64,000 nt of DNA from Candidatus Woesearchaeota archaeon (GTDB taxonomy: Archaea > Nanobdellota > Nanobdellia > Woesearchaeales > ARS49), in contig JAWADY010000001.1 in assembly GCA_038891615.1 (NCBI GenBank), positions 170,952 through 234,951 on the forward strand. Direction: 5' to 3'. A model generated the notes under the pieces. It was not told the origin of the DNA, did not search any database, and saw nothing but the letters and a program-made list of their open reading frames with translations. The position numbers and the translations under genes are program-made. Shown in pieces: positions 56,517-64,000 of this stretch (position 1 is the stretch's first letter; each line of letters opens with the position of its first letter).

Positions 56517-57032
56517 TTATTGGCAAGCTTCTAATGGTTCTATGATGATTGCTTTGTCACCACAGTAAATTGTATCAGCAATCCCTTTTCCTGTTCTTAT
56601 CTTTGGAATGAGTTTGAGTTGTAATGGCGTGCCAATTTCGCCAAAGTCAAAGGAAGTTTTTATGGCACCAAATGGTTTCAATGGTTGCTCAAGTATTTCC
56701 TTTTGAACTATTCCCTCCCTTCCAACAACTCGCGCCAAAATATTATCCAAACCAAGCGAAGGACCATTTTCCACAAAAATCACAATGCTGTCAGCAGTAT
56801 AGCAAGCTTGAGGCACTCCTTTTATGGTTATTACACCAAGAGCGGCTACAGCGCAACCAGCTCCAAGCTCTTGCGCGCCTATTACAAATTCTGCCTTTTG
56901 TTCAACAAATTCTTCGCCCCAACTCATGACAACTGCACCAAGAGCTATCGCAAATGTGACAAGAAGGACTGTTGCAATAAGAGGGCTAAGCCCTAGCTTT
57001 CCAATCGTCCGTCTCGAACGCAATAAAGCCAA
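56517..57032 (-). CDS. archaeal type IV pilin-like protein (class III signal peptide)
   Basis: N-terminus MALLRSRRTIGKLG / LSPLIATVLLVTFAIALGAVV matches the archaeal pilin/archaellin N-terminal consensus ([KR]G-x-SPvIATvLLIaI.V.LAAV). About 140 aa mature. Confidence 0.55.
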   Translation of the reverse strand: MALLRSRRTIGKLGLSPLIATVLLVTFAIALGAVVMSWGEEFVEQKAEFVIGAQELGAGCAVAALGVITIKGVPQACYTADSIVIFVENGPSLGLDNILARVVGREGIVQKEILEQPLKPFGAIKTSFDFGEIGTPLQLKLIPKIRTGKGIADTIYCGDKAIIIEPLEACQ

Positions 57033-57144
57033 CTCATCACCGTCTTTTTATTAAGTCAATTATTTTTGGTCATTTATAATCCTTTCGCAACAAATCGTTT
57101 AAAATCACGCAACTTTTTTATATATACCAGTAAAAGGTTTAGCG

Positions 57145-57723
57145 ATGGAAACAGAGGAACTTATAGCAAGGCAGAAGCAAGAATGCATTTTCTGTCACAT
57201 AGTTGCTGGAAAGGTTGGTTCAAGAAAGATATATGAAGATGAAAGGCTTATTGTAATTCTTGACATAAATCCAGCAAATCCTGGACATATGCTTGTCATG
57301 CCAAAGGAGCACTACAGCGTGTTACCTCAGCTTCCTGAAGACGATGTTGCTAGAATTGGTTTTGTTGTTAAGGCACTGTCGCAGGCTTGTCTCAAAGCAC
57401 TTGGTGCAAGAGGAACAACAATCTTTGCAGCAAATGGTATTGCAGCTGGACAAAGGGCATCCCATTTCATGATTCACATCATTCCAAGGCACCCAAATGA
57501 CAATGTCAAGATTATGCTTCCTGAAGAAGAGCTTGCAAAGGAAGAACTTGAAAACTGCACTCAAAAGCTGAAAGCAATTTTTTCACAAATTTCTGGAATG
57601 CCAACATTACAGCAAGAGACAAACTCAAGCAATAACCCTAAGGGCGAAACAAAAAACACAGCAGTGCTTAACGAAGTTACCAAATTCTTGCTCAAAAAAG
57701 GAAATAAAAATGGTAGCATGTGA
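57145..57723 (+). CDS. HIT-family (histidine triad) hydrolase with C-terminal extension
   Basis: CIFCHIV N-terminus. Histidine triad HFMIHIIP (HxHxHxx). Confidence 0.75.
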   Translation: METEELIARQKQECIFCHIVAGKVGSRKIYEDERLIVILDINPANPGHMLVMPKEHYSVLPQLPEDDVARIGFVVKALSQACLKALGARGTTIFAANGIAAGQRASHFMIHIIPRHPNDNVKIMLPEEELAKEELENCTQKLKAIFSQISGMPTLQQETNSSNNPKGETKNTAVLNEVTKFLLKKGNKNGSM

Positions 57724-58225
57724 GATTTGTGAGGCGATAAAAAAACCAGAATCAAAGCTTTACGAAGAAAAAAATTTTGCAGTTATTCTTCCTAGCAGGC
57801 CGGCTGTACCTGGCCATATCCAACTTGTGCCAAAAGAACATAAGGTAATTCTTGAAGAGCTTACAAACGAAACCGTAGCTTTTCTTTTTGCAAAAGCTAG
57901 ACTTTTTCTCATGGCGCTTTTTGAAGGGCTTAATTGCCATGGGACAAACCTTTTGATAATGAATGGCACTGCTGCAGGTCAATCTGTCGCGCACATAGCC
58001 GTGAACTTAATTCCAAGGTTTGAAGATGATGGTCTTGAACTAGGTTGGCAGCCAAAAAGGCTTTCTGAAGAAGAGATGTCAACCGTAGAGCTAAGGTTGA
58101 AAGAAGAAGCTACAAAAATAACAATTGTCGAAGAGGAAAAAAAAGAAGAAAAACAAATTACAATAGAAGCTCCAAAAAAATTTGATGAGGAATGGCTTAA
58201 ACAGCAGCTTAGAAGGATTCCTTAG
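57710..58225 (+). CDS. HIT-like paralog with degenerate triad and Lys/Glu-rich C-terminal tail
   Basis: Same fold signature (EICEAI, PAVPGHIQLVPKEH). The triad position reads HIAVNLIP (HxAxNxx). Overlaps the upstream HIT gene by 14 nt. Confidence 0.5.
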   Translation: MVACEICEAIKKPESKLYEEKNFAVILPSRPAVPGHIQLVPKEHKVILEELTNETVAFLFAKARLFLMALFEGLNCHGTNLLIMNGTAAGQSVAHIAVNLIPRFEDDGLELGWQPKRLSEEEMSTVELRLKEEATKITIVEEEKKEEKQITIEAPKKFDEEWLKQQLRRIP

Positions 58226-58276
58226 TCTTTCAAAGATACGAGCTTTTGTTTGTAAAGCAGAATAATGTGAATTAGG

Positions 58277-59161
58277 TTAAACCTTTTCCATCCTGTGCCG
58301 CATTCCTTGGACAACGGAAAGCACGCCTATAAAAATGAGCAGTGAACCAAACCATTGACTTCTGGTAAATATGTGGCCAAACAAAAGATAAGAGTAAAAA
58401 CCTGTAAAAATTGGCGAAAGCGCTCTAATGGTGTTCACTTTTGAGAGCTCAAGCTCTTTAAGAGCGATATAAAAGAGCTCCCAGCCAAGGAATCCTGAAA
58501 GAAGGCCAGAAGCTATTGCTATTGAAAGGCTTTTTGTAGTAACTGCAACCCCCTCTCCGCTGAAAATGACAAAAGCAGCTCCTGTGAGTGTCATTGCAAA
58601 AAGCCTGCCCAAGTTGAGCGTTTCTGGTCTAATGTAGCGCACATATCTCTTTGCGAGAAAGTCTCCTGTTGCTATTAAGGCTGCAGAAACGACCACAATC
58701 AGCGAGTTCAGGCTAAATTCAAGATTTTGGCGCCATTGCATGACGAAAGCCCCAAGTATGACAACAGCGATTCCAAATTCTTCTAGTGAACTAAGGCGCT
58801 CTTTTAAAAAAATGTGTGAGTAGGCAACCACAAAAACAAGCACGAACTGCATTAAAAAGACAACAATATTTGGTTTCAGCACACGCATGCTATGCAAAAG
58901 CAACAATGCCCCAATCCCGTGACACGCTCCAGCGAACAATAGCGGCCATTTGTTCTTACGAATGCTTTCTATGTGAAATGCTAGGTTTTTTGAATGAAAA
59001 GCAAAAGCAGCGCCAGTCGCAAGAAGATAGCTGTAGAAAAGGATTTTGCCAGCAGACCAATTAGGTAGAAGGAGATAGAAAAAGATATAAGAAGAACCTA
59101 GAAGGGCCGCTGAAAGGAATGCCAGGAAATACGCTTTTTTGAGGCTTGGCATCCAAACCAT
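58277..59161 (-). CDS. EamA/DMT-family transporter (10 TM)
   Basis: 294 aa. Two 5-TM repeats typical of drug/metabolite transporters. Confidence 0.55.
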   Translation of the reverse strand: MVWMPSLKKAYFLAFLSAALLGSSYIFFYLLLPNWSAGKILFYSYLLATGAAFAFHSKNLAFHIESIRKNKWPLLFAGACHGIGALLLLHSMRVLKPNIVVFLMQFVLVFVVAYSHIFLKERLSSLEEFGIAVVILGAFVMQWRQNLEFSLNSLIVVVSAALIATGDFLAKRYVRYIRPETLNLGRLFAMTLTGAAFVIFSGEGVAVTTKSLSIAIASGLLSGFLGWELFYIALKELELSKVNTIRALSPIFTGFYSYLLFGHIFTRSQWFGSLLIFIGVLSVVQGMRHRMEKV

Positions 59162-59286
59162 GAAAATAGGCTCTTATTTAAATCTTGCAGTTTGCTGAAA
59201 AGCTTGCTTAGGAAATTTTGTTAATGCAGCCATGCGTTCACCAGAAAAAATAAAAACCTATTCAAAGGCGCTGGCTTTGCTGCGCT

Positions 59287-60198
59287 TCAAAATAGTAGGA
59301 AGATGAAATTTCCAAACAGCAAGGCAGCTATATAAGCTATTAAAAAGCTTGGGACAAAAGGAATTCCTTCTTTTACAAGAACTCTAAAGTTTTTACCAAG
59401 CAAACCCTTTTGCTTAAGCTTTATTAGTAACATTATTTTTCTCCTGCTTATACCAAGCTCTGCAGGACCGGCTATCTTTTTTCCCCTAAAAATGACATCT
59501 TTCACAATCCAATCGCCTTCTGTAAGCTTTTCAGGCGGAAGCCATTTTAGAAGGCAACTTGTTTCAACAGCTCCAACAACCAGCGAAAGATAAAACAAAG
59601 ACAAAACGAGTAAGGCAGCTGCGGCTGCTATGAGCCATAATGCACTTTCTGCAAGCACGATTGCAATCAAAAGCAGCATCACAGAAAAGGCAATAGTCAC
59701 AAAGCGGAAGTTCTTGTAAACACCTTTTTTCATCATCCTTGCTGCTTGATTCTTAACCTTCCCCCAATTCTTGACAGCAAGAATAAAAACCCAAAGCAAG
59801 CCATAGGCAGCTCCAACAAAGATAAGATTGATAAAGAATGCAACGGCTTTGCTTTCCAGGCTTGGCGCAAAACCAATCAGGCTTCCAAGGCCTATCAACA
59901 GCTTTACATCCCCGCCACCCCATTGCCCAAAGCGGTACATTAATAAAGAAAGTATGGCAAAAACAATCACCCCTGTAAAGCCCTGAACAATTGGCCTTAA
60001 GTTAAAAGTCGCCACGCTACTAATCAATCTTATTCCAAGCCCTGAAAATAAAGCAGCATAGCTGAGCCAGTCAGGAACCTCTCTTGTTCTCAGGTCTGAA
60101 AAGGCAGATGCTGCAAGGATGAAAAGCCCTGTTCCTTCAAGCAACTGCTCAATCATTTTGGCGCCCCTTTTTACAAAACTCTTGCTATGACTCTGCAA
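59287..60198 (-). CDS. type IV prepilin peptidase (A24 family; archaeal PibD/FlaK-like) with C-terminal extension
   Basis: First catalytic Asp box SAFSDLRTREVPDW. Second Asp box GGGDVKL (the GxGDxKL consensus). Multi-TM. Confidence 0.6.
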   Translation of the reverse strand: MQSHSKSFVKRGAKMIEQLLEGTGLFILAASAFSDLRTREVPDWLSYAALFSGLGIRLISSVATFNLRPIVQGFTGVIVFAILSLLMYRFGQWGGGDVKLLIGLGSLIGFAPSLESKAVAFFINLIFVGAAYGLLWVFILAVKNWGKVKNQAARMMKKGVYKNFRFVTIAFSVMLLLIAIVLAESALWLIAAAAALLVLSLFYLSLVVGAVETSCLLKWLPPEKLTEGDWIVKDVIFRGKKIAGPAELGISRRKIMLLIKLKQKGLLGKNFRVLVKEGIPFVPSFLIAYIAALLFGNFIFLLF

Positions 60199-60278
60199 AT
60201 GTTTATAAACCTTTGTGACATAAAAATGACAAAAGCACTCTTGGTGAAAGTAACAATGACTGATGTTGAGGTGGCAAT

Positions 60279-61016
60279 TTGGTCATAAAAAGGCTAATCA
60301 AAAACATATTTGAAACAACAAGAGATATTAATGAAGGCGTTTCTGAAAGTGTGACTGGTTTGAAAGAAAAGATTAAGCTTGCATTCAATAGCATTCCAAA
60401 ACATGTTGCATTTGACATTGAAGATGGTCTGGGAGAAGCAAAAGCTCTCAAAGAACTCATATTTTCTGCTTCAAAGCTTAGGATACCTGTCATGACTTTT
60501 AATCTTCTCAAAAGCAATCACACAAGCCAACAGATTGACACATTGGTGGAAGTCCTAAGTGAGTTGTTACAGTGGCAGTACCTGCAAGAAAATCAATTCA
60601 AAGTTTCTGTGCTAGGGAGATGGTACAACCTTCCCGCAAGACTTGTTGAAAAGATAAAAGAACTGGTTGCAGCCACAAAAGACTATGATAAGTTTTTCCT
60701 GAACCTTTGTATAAACTATGATGGCCAAGAAGAAATTGTTGAGGCATGCAAGTTGATTGCAAAACAGGTTGAGCTTGGCAGAATATCGCCAGAAGGCATA
60801 ACAAATGGAACGATAAAGGAACACCTCTGGACATCTTATTTCATCCCTCCTGAACTCATAATAAAGGTGGGCAAAGCTCAAAGTCTGGATGGCTTTCTGC
60901 TTTGGGATTCTGCAGGTGCGAGAATTTTCTTTGCAAATAAGCCATTTGGCGAATTCACAAAAGAAGACTTCCTTAAAGCAATAGAATGGACTCAGAAACA
61001 GAACAAGGTAAGATGA
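60279..61016 (+). CDS. cis-prenyltransferase (UPPS) fold protein with degenerate catalytic motifs (NgBR/Nus1-like non-catalytic subunit?)
   Basis: LNLCINYDGQEEIVEA matches LNIA.NYGGR.EI. PPELIIKVGKAQSLDGFLLWDSAGARIFF matches PDLLIRTSGE.RLSNFLLWQ.AY.E.YF. The N-terminal HVAFDIEDG replaces the catalytic HVAIIMDGNRRWA. Confidence 0.5.
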   Translation: MVIKRLIKNIFETTRDINEGVSESVTGLKEKIKLAFNSIPKHVAFDIEDGLGEAKALKELIFSASKLRIPVMTFNLLKSNHTSQQIDTLVEVLSELLQWQYLQENQFKVSVLGRWYNLPARLVEKIKELVAATKDYDKFFLNLCINYDGQEEIVEACKLIAKQVELGRISPEGITNGTIKEHLWTSYFIPPELIIKVGKAQSLDGFLLWDSAGARIFFANKPFGEFTKEDFLKAIEWTQKQNKVR

Positions 61017-61327
61017 AGGAAAGGCGTGGCAAGTCTCAAACGCTTGAAGAGCTGATAAAAAAAGGAGCCGCTGTTCTTGGAGGAGGGCTTGCTATTTTTG
61101 TTGCATACAAACTCGGCATAGCAGACATGGCAATCGATCTTTTTGAAACAAAATGGATTGTAAAAGATGGATACAAAATACCAGTTAGGCCAGATTTTGC
61201 TACAGTATTTGGCTACCATGTTGGAACCTATATCTCAAGCTGGCTTGGTGGAGGTCTTTTTGGTTACTTTTTAGCAGATGGGATTTACAAATTTTTAGAG
61301 CTGAGAAAGGTGAACAAAGAGCTTTGA
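60986..61327 (+). CDS. hypothetical small membrane protein
   Basis: 113-aa ORF with two hydrophobic segments. Overlaps the upstream gene by 31 nt. The true start may be an internal Met. Confidence 0.3.
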   Translation: MDSETEQGKMKERRGKSQTLEELIKKGAAVLGGGLAIFVAYKLGIADMAIDLFETKWIVKDGYKIPVRPDFATVFGYHVGTYISSWLGGGLFGYFLADGIYKFLELRKVNKEL

Positions 61328-61337
61328 TTAATCCCAC

Positions 61338-62132
61338 CTAATTTTTTCTCAACAATAGCCAAAGTCCTACAATAAAAAGAGGGATGTTCAAAAGCTGGCC
61401 CATAGTGAATGGTCCAATGAATATTTCTGGAACCCTAAAAAGTTCTGTTATGAACCTAAAAACAGAGTACATCACTAAAAAAAGTGCAAATGCCGCTCCT
61501 TTTTTGAGGCTAATGACACCTTTATTCTTTTGCAAAACAAAAAGGGTTGCAAAGATGACAATACTGTAGAGTGATTCGTAGAGCTGGCTTGGGTGCCTAA
61601 AAACAGGGTTACCAGCAGCATCAACTTCGTTGTTGAAATTCACCCCCCAAGGTAGGTTTGTTTGCCAACCATAAAGCTCACTATTGAAGAAGTTTCCAAT
61701 CCTGCCAATAGCAAGGGCAAGGGCGGCAGGTGTAACAAAAATGTCTGCTAACTCAAGAAAGCTGATGCTTTTTTTTCTTGTCAAAAGCGCACCTATAACA
61801 ATCGCTCCAATAAGCCCACCATGAAAGCTTAGCCCGCCATGCCAAACAGCAACTATCTCAACAGGGCTAGTTATTAATCCTTGGGGCAAGCCATAAACCA
61901 ACACCCAAAAAAGCCTTGCTGCTATCACCATTGCAATCACAATCCAGCTCATAAGCGCGTCAAAGTCTTCGACAGAAAGATTTTGCACCCTTCCTTTTTT
62001 CACACAAGCTCTTGCATAAAGATAAACAAAAAGAACTCCTAAAGCATAAAAAAAGCCATACCATCTTATTTTTATTGGGCCCAGGCTAAAGAAGACGGGA
62101 TTCAACTTGTTATAAAAGACCATTCTTGCCAA
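61338..62132 (-). CDS. lgt: prolipoprotein diacylglyceryl transferase (bacterial-type Lgt)
   Basis: Lgt signature AIGRIGNFFNSELYG..TNLPWGVNF. HGGLIGAIVIG and RHPSQLYES boxes. 264 aa, multi-TM. Confidence 0.8.
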   Translation of the reverse strand: MARMVFYNKLNPVFFSLGPIKIRWYGFFYALGVLFVYLYARACVKKGRVQNLSVEDFDALMSWIVIAMVIAARLFWVLVYGLPQGLITSPVEIVAVWHGGLSFHGGLIGAIVIGALLTRKKSISFLELADIFVTPAALALAIGRIGNFFNSELYGWQTNLPWGVNFNNEVDAAGNPVFRHPSQLYESLYSIVIFATLFVLQKNKGVISLKKGAAFALFLVMYSVFRFITELFRVPEIFIGPFTMGQLLNIPLFIVGLWLLLRKN

Positions 62133-62194
62133 AGCAAAGGCTATGAATAAATACTTTTCGGAAGAATGGTATAAAGTAAAAAGTGTTAATTAAT

Positions 62195-64000
62195 TCAAAT
62201 CTTTGCCTTATAAAGCCTCATGAGCAACGAATTTGTAACAACGCTCACGGAGCTCAAAGCCATTGCTGCTGCTGCAAGAACAGGACTAAGAAGAAAGCCG
62301 GTGAATGGATAAAGTACACCAGCCGCAACCGGAACGCCCAAAGTGTTATAGAGGAATGCCCAGAAAAGGTTTTGTTTAATTTTCTTTATTGTGTACTTAC
62401 TCAAGTCTATTGCCGTGACAACATCTCGCAAGTCGTTCTTTATTAGTACGATGTTTCCTGCTTCAAGAGCAACATCTGTGCCAGCGCCTATTGCTATACC
62501 AACATCTGCTTGCGCAAGCGCAGGAGCATCGTTTATGCCATCTCCAACCATTGCAACCTTTCTACCTTGTGCTTGTAGCTTTTTTATAACCTCAACCTTT
62601 TGTCCAGGAAGAACCTCTGCCATAACCTCTTCAATGCCGAGTTGGCTGGCTATTGCCTTTGCGGTTCTGCTGTTATCCCCTGTCACCATAACAACCTTTT
62701 TTCTAAGGGCTTTCAAAGTATCAACGGCTTCTTTTGAATACTCTTTAAGTGTGTCTGCAGCTGCAACAATCCCAACAAGCTTCCTACCAACAGCAACAAG
62801 CATTGCTGTTTTTCCCTGCTCTTGAAGCTTTTCTAGTGCTCTTTCAGCCCCTTCAGAAAGCTCAATCCTTTCAGCCTTCATGAGTTGTGTTGTGCCAATA
62901 ACAATGAGTTTTCCGCCATAGCTTGCAATGACGCCTTGGCCTGGCACTGCCTTGAACTCTTTTGCATCAGGAATTTTTATTCCCATTTTAAGCGCTCCAT
63001 TTACTATTGCCTCGCCAAGTGGGTGTTCTGAGCCTTTTTCTGCAATTGCAGCAAAGGTTAGAAGCTCGCGCTCAGAAAGCTTATCCAAAGGTAGAATGTC
63101 AGAGAGTTCAGGGCTTCCCTTTGTCAGCGTTCCGGTTTTGTCAAGCACAATGGTGTCAATTTTGCAGGCAAGCTCAAGAGCCTCGCCAGATTTTATGAGT
63201 ATGCCGTGCTCTGCAGCCTTTCCTGTTCCCACCATTATTGCAGTGGGGGTAGCAAGGCCAAGAGCGCATGGGCAGGCAATTATCAAAACCGCAATGAATG
63301 TGCTTAATGCAAAAACAAATTCCTTTCCAATAATGCCATACCAAATGACAAATGAAAGAATGGCTATCAGTATCACAACAGGAACAAAATAGGCTGAAAC
63401 AAGGTCAGCAAGCCGTTGTATCGGTGCTCTGCTTGCCTGCGCATCCTCCACGAGTTTTATTATTTGTGCAAGAAGGGTTTCCTTTCCGACTTTTGTTGCC
63501 CTAAACTTTAACATTCCATGCTTGTTTATTGTTGCCCCAATTACGTGGTCTCCGGGTTTTTTCTCGACAGGAATGCTTTCTCCGGTCACCATAGATTCGT
63601 CGACTGAAGAGTGTCCTGATATGACAATTCCATCTACAGGAATCTTCTCCCCAGGCCTTACAAAGATTATATCATCTACTTGAACCTGATCAACTGGTAA
63701 CTCGAGCTCCTTTCCTCCACGAATAACTGTGGCAGTCTTTGGCTTAAGACCTATTAGCCGCTTTATCGCCTCACTTGCTTTTCCTTTTGTTATTGCCTCA
63801 AGCCATTTGCCTAGAATTATGAATGTGATGATTATTGCAGAGGTATCAAAGTAGTAATGGCCACGAAATGCTGTTGGCCAAATTACTGCAAGCAGGCTAT
63901 AGAGAAAAGCCGCGCTCGTGCCTATCGCGATAAGGCTGTCCATGTTTGCCCTTTTTGCCTTGAGTGCAATCCATGCTCCACGATAAAACCTTGCACCTAC
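62195..64000 (-). CDS. copA: copper-translocating P1B-type ATPase (5' end beyond window)
   Basis: [10 protein letters not shown] (CPC), [19 protein letters not shown] and [10 protein letters not shown] motifs. The reading frame stays open upstream to the window edge (…[21 protein letters not shown]…), so the N-terminal HMA domain and first TMs are outside the window. Confidence 0.9.
   Translation of the reverse strand, partial: VGARFYRGAWIALKAKRANMDSLIAIGTSAAFLYSLLAVIWPTAFRGHYYFDTSAIIITFIILGKWLEAITKGKASEAIKRLIGLKPKTATVIRGGKELELPVDQVQVDDIIFVRPGEKIPVDGIVISGHSSVDESMVTGESIPVEKKPGDHVIGATINKHGMLKFRATKVGKETLLAQIIKLVEDAQASRAPIQRLADLVSAYFVPVVILIAILSFVIWYGIIGKEFVFALSTFIAVLIIACPCALGLATPTAIMVGTGKAAEHGILIKSGEALELACKIDTIVLDKTGTLTKGSPELSDILPLDKLSERELLTFAAIAEKGSEHPLGEAIVNGALKMGIKIPDAKEFKAVPGQGVIASYGGKLIVIGTTQLMKAERIELSEGAERALEKLQEQGKTAMLVAVGRKLVGIVAAADTLKEYSKEAVDTLKALRKKVVMVTGDNSRTAKAIASQLGIEEVMAEVLPGQKVEVIKKLQAQGRKVAMVGDGINDAPALAQADVGIAIGAGTDVALEAGNIVLIKNDLRDVVTAIDLSKYTIKKIKQNLFWAFLYNTLGVPVAAGVLYPFTGFLLSPVLAAAAMALSSVSVVTNSLLMRLYKAKI

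Noticed and set aside
62183-62825. Two plus-strand ORFs (87 aa, 144 aa)
   Set aside because: Both lie inside the copA coding region on the opposite strand. copA has all the P-type ATPase motifs.

Overview
This window reads as an archaeal chromosomal segment from a low-GC organism. Several things point that way: a split rpoB, the gene order rpoH-rpoB''-rpoB'-rpoA'-rpoA''-rpl30e-nusA-rps12-rps7, the beta-CASP ribonuclease aCPSF1, a proteasome beta subunit, and three intron-containing tRNAs among the five tRNA genes found. The core content is housekeeping: AMP phosphorylase, ProRS, Nth, MetAP, signal peptidase, MtaB-like methylthiotransferase, the RNAP/ribosomal cluster and a CopA P-type ATPase that runs off the window end. 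The clearly accessory part is an AT-rich Type I restriction-modification island (hsdM - unknown 535-aa gene - hsdS - MNT/HEPN pair - hsdR, about 27.0-35.9 kb). It carries a triple palindromic operator-like repeat and an uncharacterised 535-aa protein embedded between hsdM and hsdS. Other candidate novel systems are a four-gene operon (56.5-52.4 kb, minus strand) led by an archaeal type IV pilin-like protein, two unknown proteins and a TIM-barrel protein with a giant coiled-coil insertion, with a prepilin peptidase nearby. There is also a cluster of cysteine-motif proteins (CPHC thioredoxin-like lipoprotein, 47-aa MDCCAGH membrane peptide, CPLC membrane protein, Cys-rich secreted protein, membrane-tethered wHTH regulator) at 23.8-26.8 kb. 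A ThyA-like protein that appears to lack the PCH catalytic cysteine is co-operonic with a 532-aa wHTH unknown. A GC-rich tandem direct repeat lies between tRNA-Lys and rpoH. Further notable items are a bacterial-type Lgt, an NgBR-like degenerate cis-prenyltransferase homolog, tandem HIT paralogs (one degenerate) and several sub-60-aa ORFs missed by the ORF track. No CRISPR array, rRNA or transposase was seen. All calls are by eye from motifs, with no searches run.
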